This document shows, piece after piece, positions 63,937 to 64,000 of a stretch of DNA of 64,000 nt (position 1 is its first letter; each line of letters starts with the position of its first letter). The notes beneath the pieces are model-generated. The model was not told the origin of the DNA. It made no database searches and worked only from the letters and a program-made list of their open reading frames with translations. Source of the stretch: Hydrurus foetidus (taxonomy: Eukaryota). Both the position numbers and the translations under genes were made by a program. The stretch spans positions 62,001 through 126,000 of the forward strand of contig UYFQ01000260.1 in NCBI GenBank assembly GCA_900617105.1, written 5' to 3'.

Positions 63937-64000
63937 GGGTGCTGCGGACGCTGTGCGTCACACTGGCCGCCATCGCCTGCATGGCCGCCGCGTCCGAACC
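63933..64000 (+). CDS. Probable CcmH/CycL N-terminus (truncated by the window edge)
   Basis: ATGA overlap with ccmF; signal-peptide-like sequence; operon position. Confidence 0.5.
   Translation, partial: MRVLRTLCVTLAAIACMAAASE

Noticed and set aside
99..64000. Widespread frameshifts as pseudogenisation or programmed frameshifting
   Set aside because: They hit housekeeping and accessory genes alike, are mostly 1-2 nt losses and cluster in patches, which fits long-read error; polishing is needed

Overview
GC-rich alphaproteobacterial DNA, almost certainly Caulobacter or a close relative (PbpC-type N-terminus, XylR-type operator, Caulobacter-style GTA). Many genes, housekeeping ones included, are broken by 1-2 nt indels, which looks like unpolished long-read error, so many gene ends are approximate. 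Contents in order: (1) 0.1-24.6 kb, a xylan-utilisation locus (GH67, GH10, GH43, GH35-like, two TonB-dependent receptors) with a translationally coupled operon of four tryptophan-halogenase-like genes at its centre, one with a remodelled active site; (2) 24.7-40 kb, mixed genes (selD/selU, P-type ATPase, FKBP, rutBCDA, SDR, pbpC, YcgN family); (3) 40.6-55.3 kb, an RcGTA-like gene transfer agent cluster interrupted by GC-rich palindromic repeats and three antisense genes (DUF559 endonuclease, Ble-MBL-like bleomycin-binding protein, DUF805 membrane protein); (4) 55.3-64 kb, DnaJ-class chaperone, PepSY/two-component system, a hypothetical gene and ccmIEFH. Best candidates for undescribed biology: the halogenase quartet in a xylan locus, and a DUF559 nuclease bracketed by the same repeats that punctuate the GTA. 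No database searches were run; family calls rest on recalled motifs.
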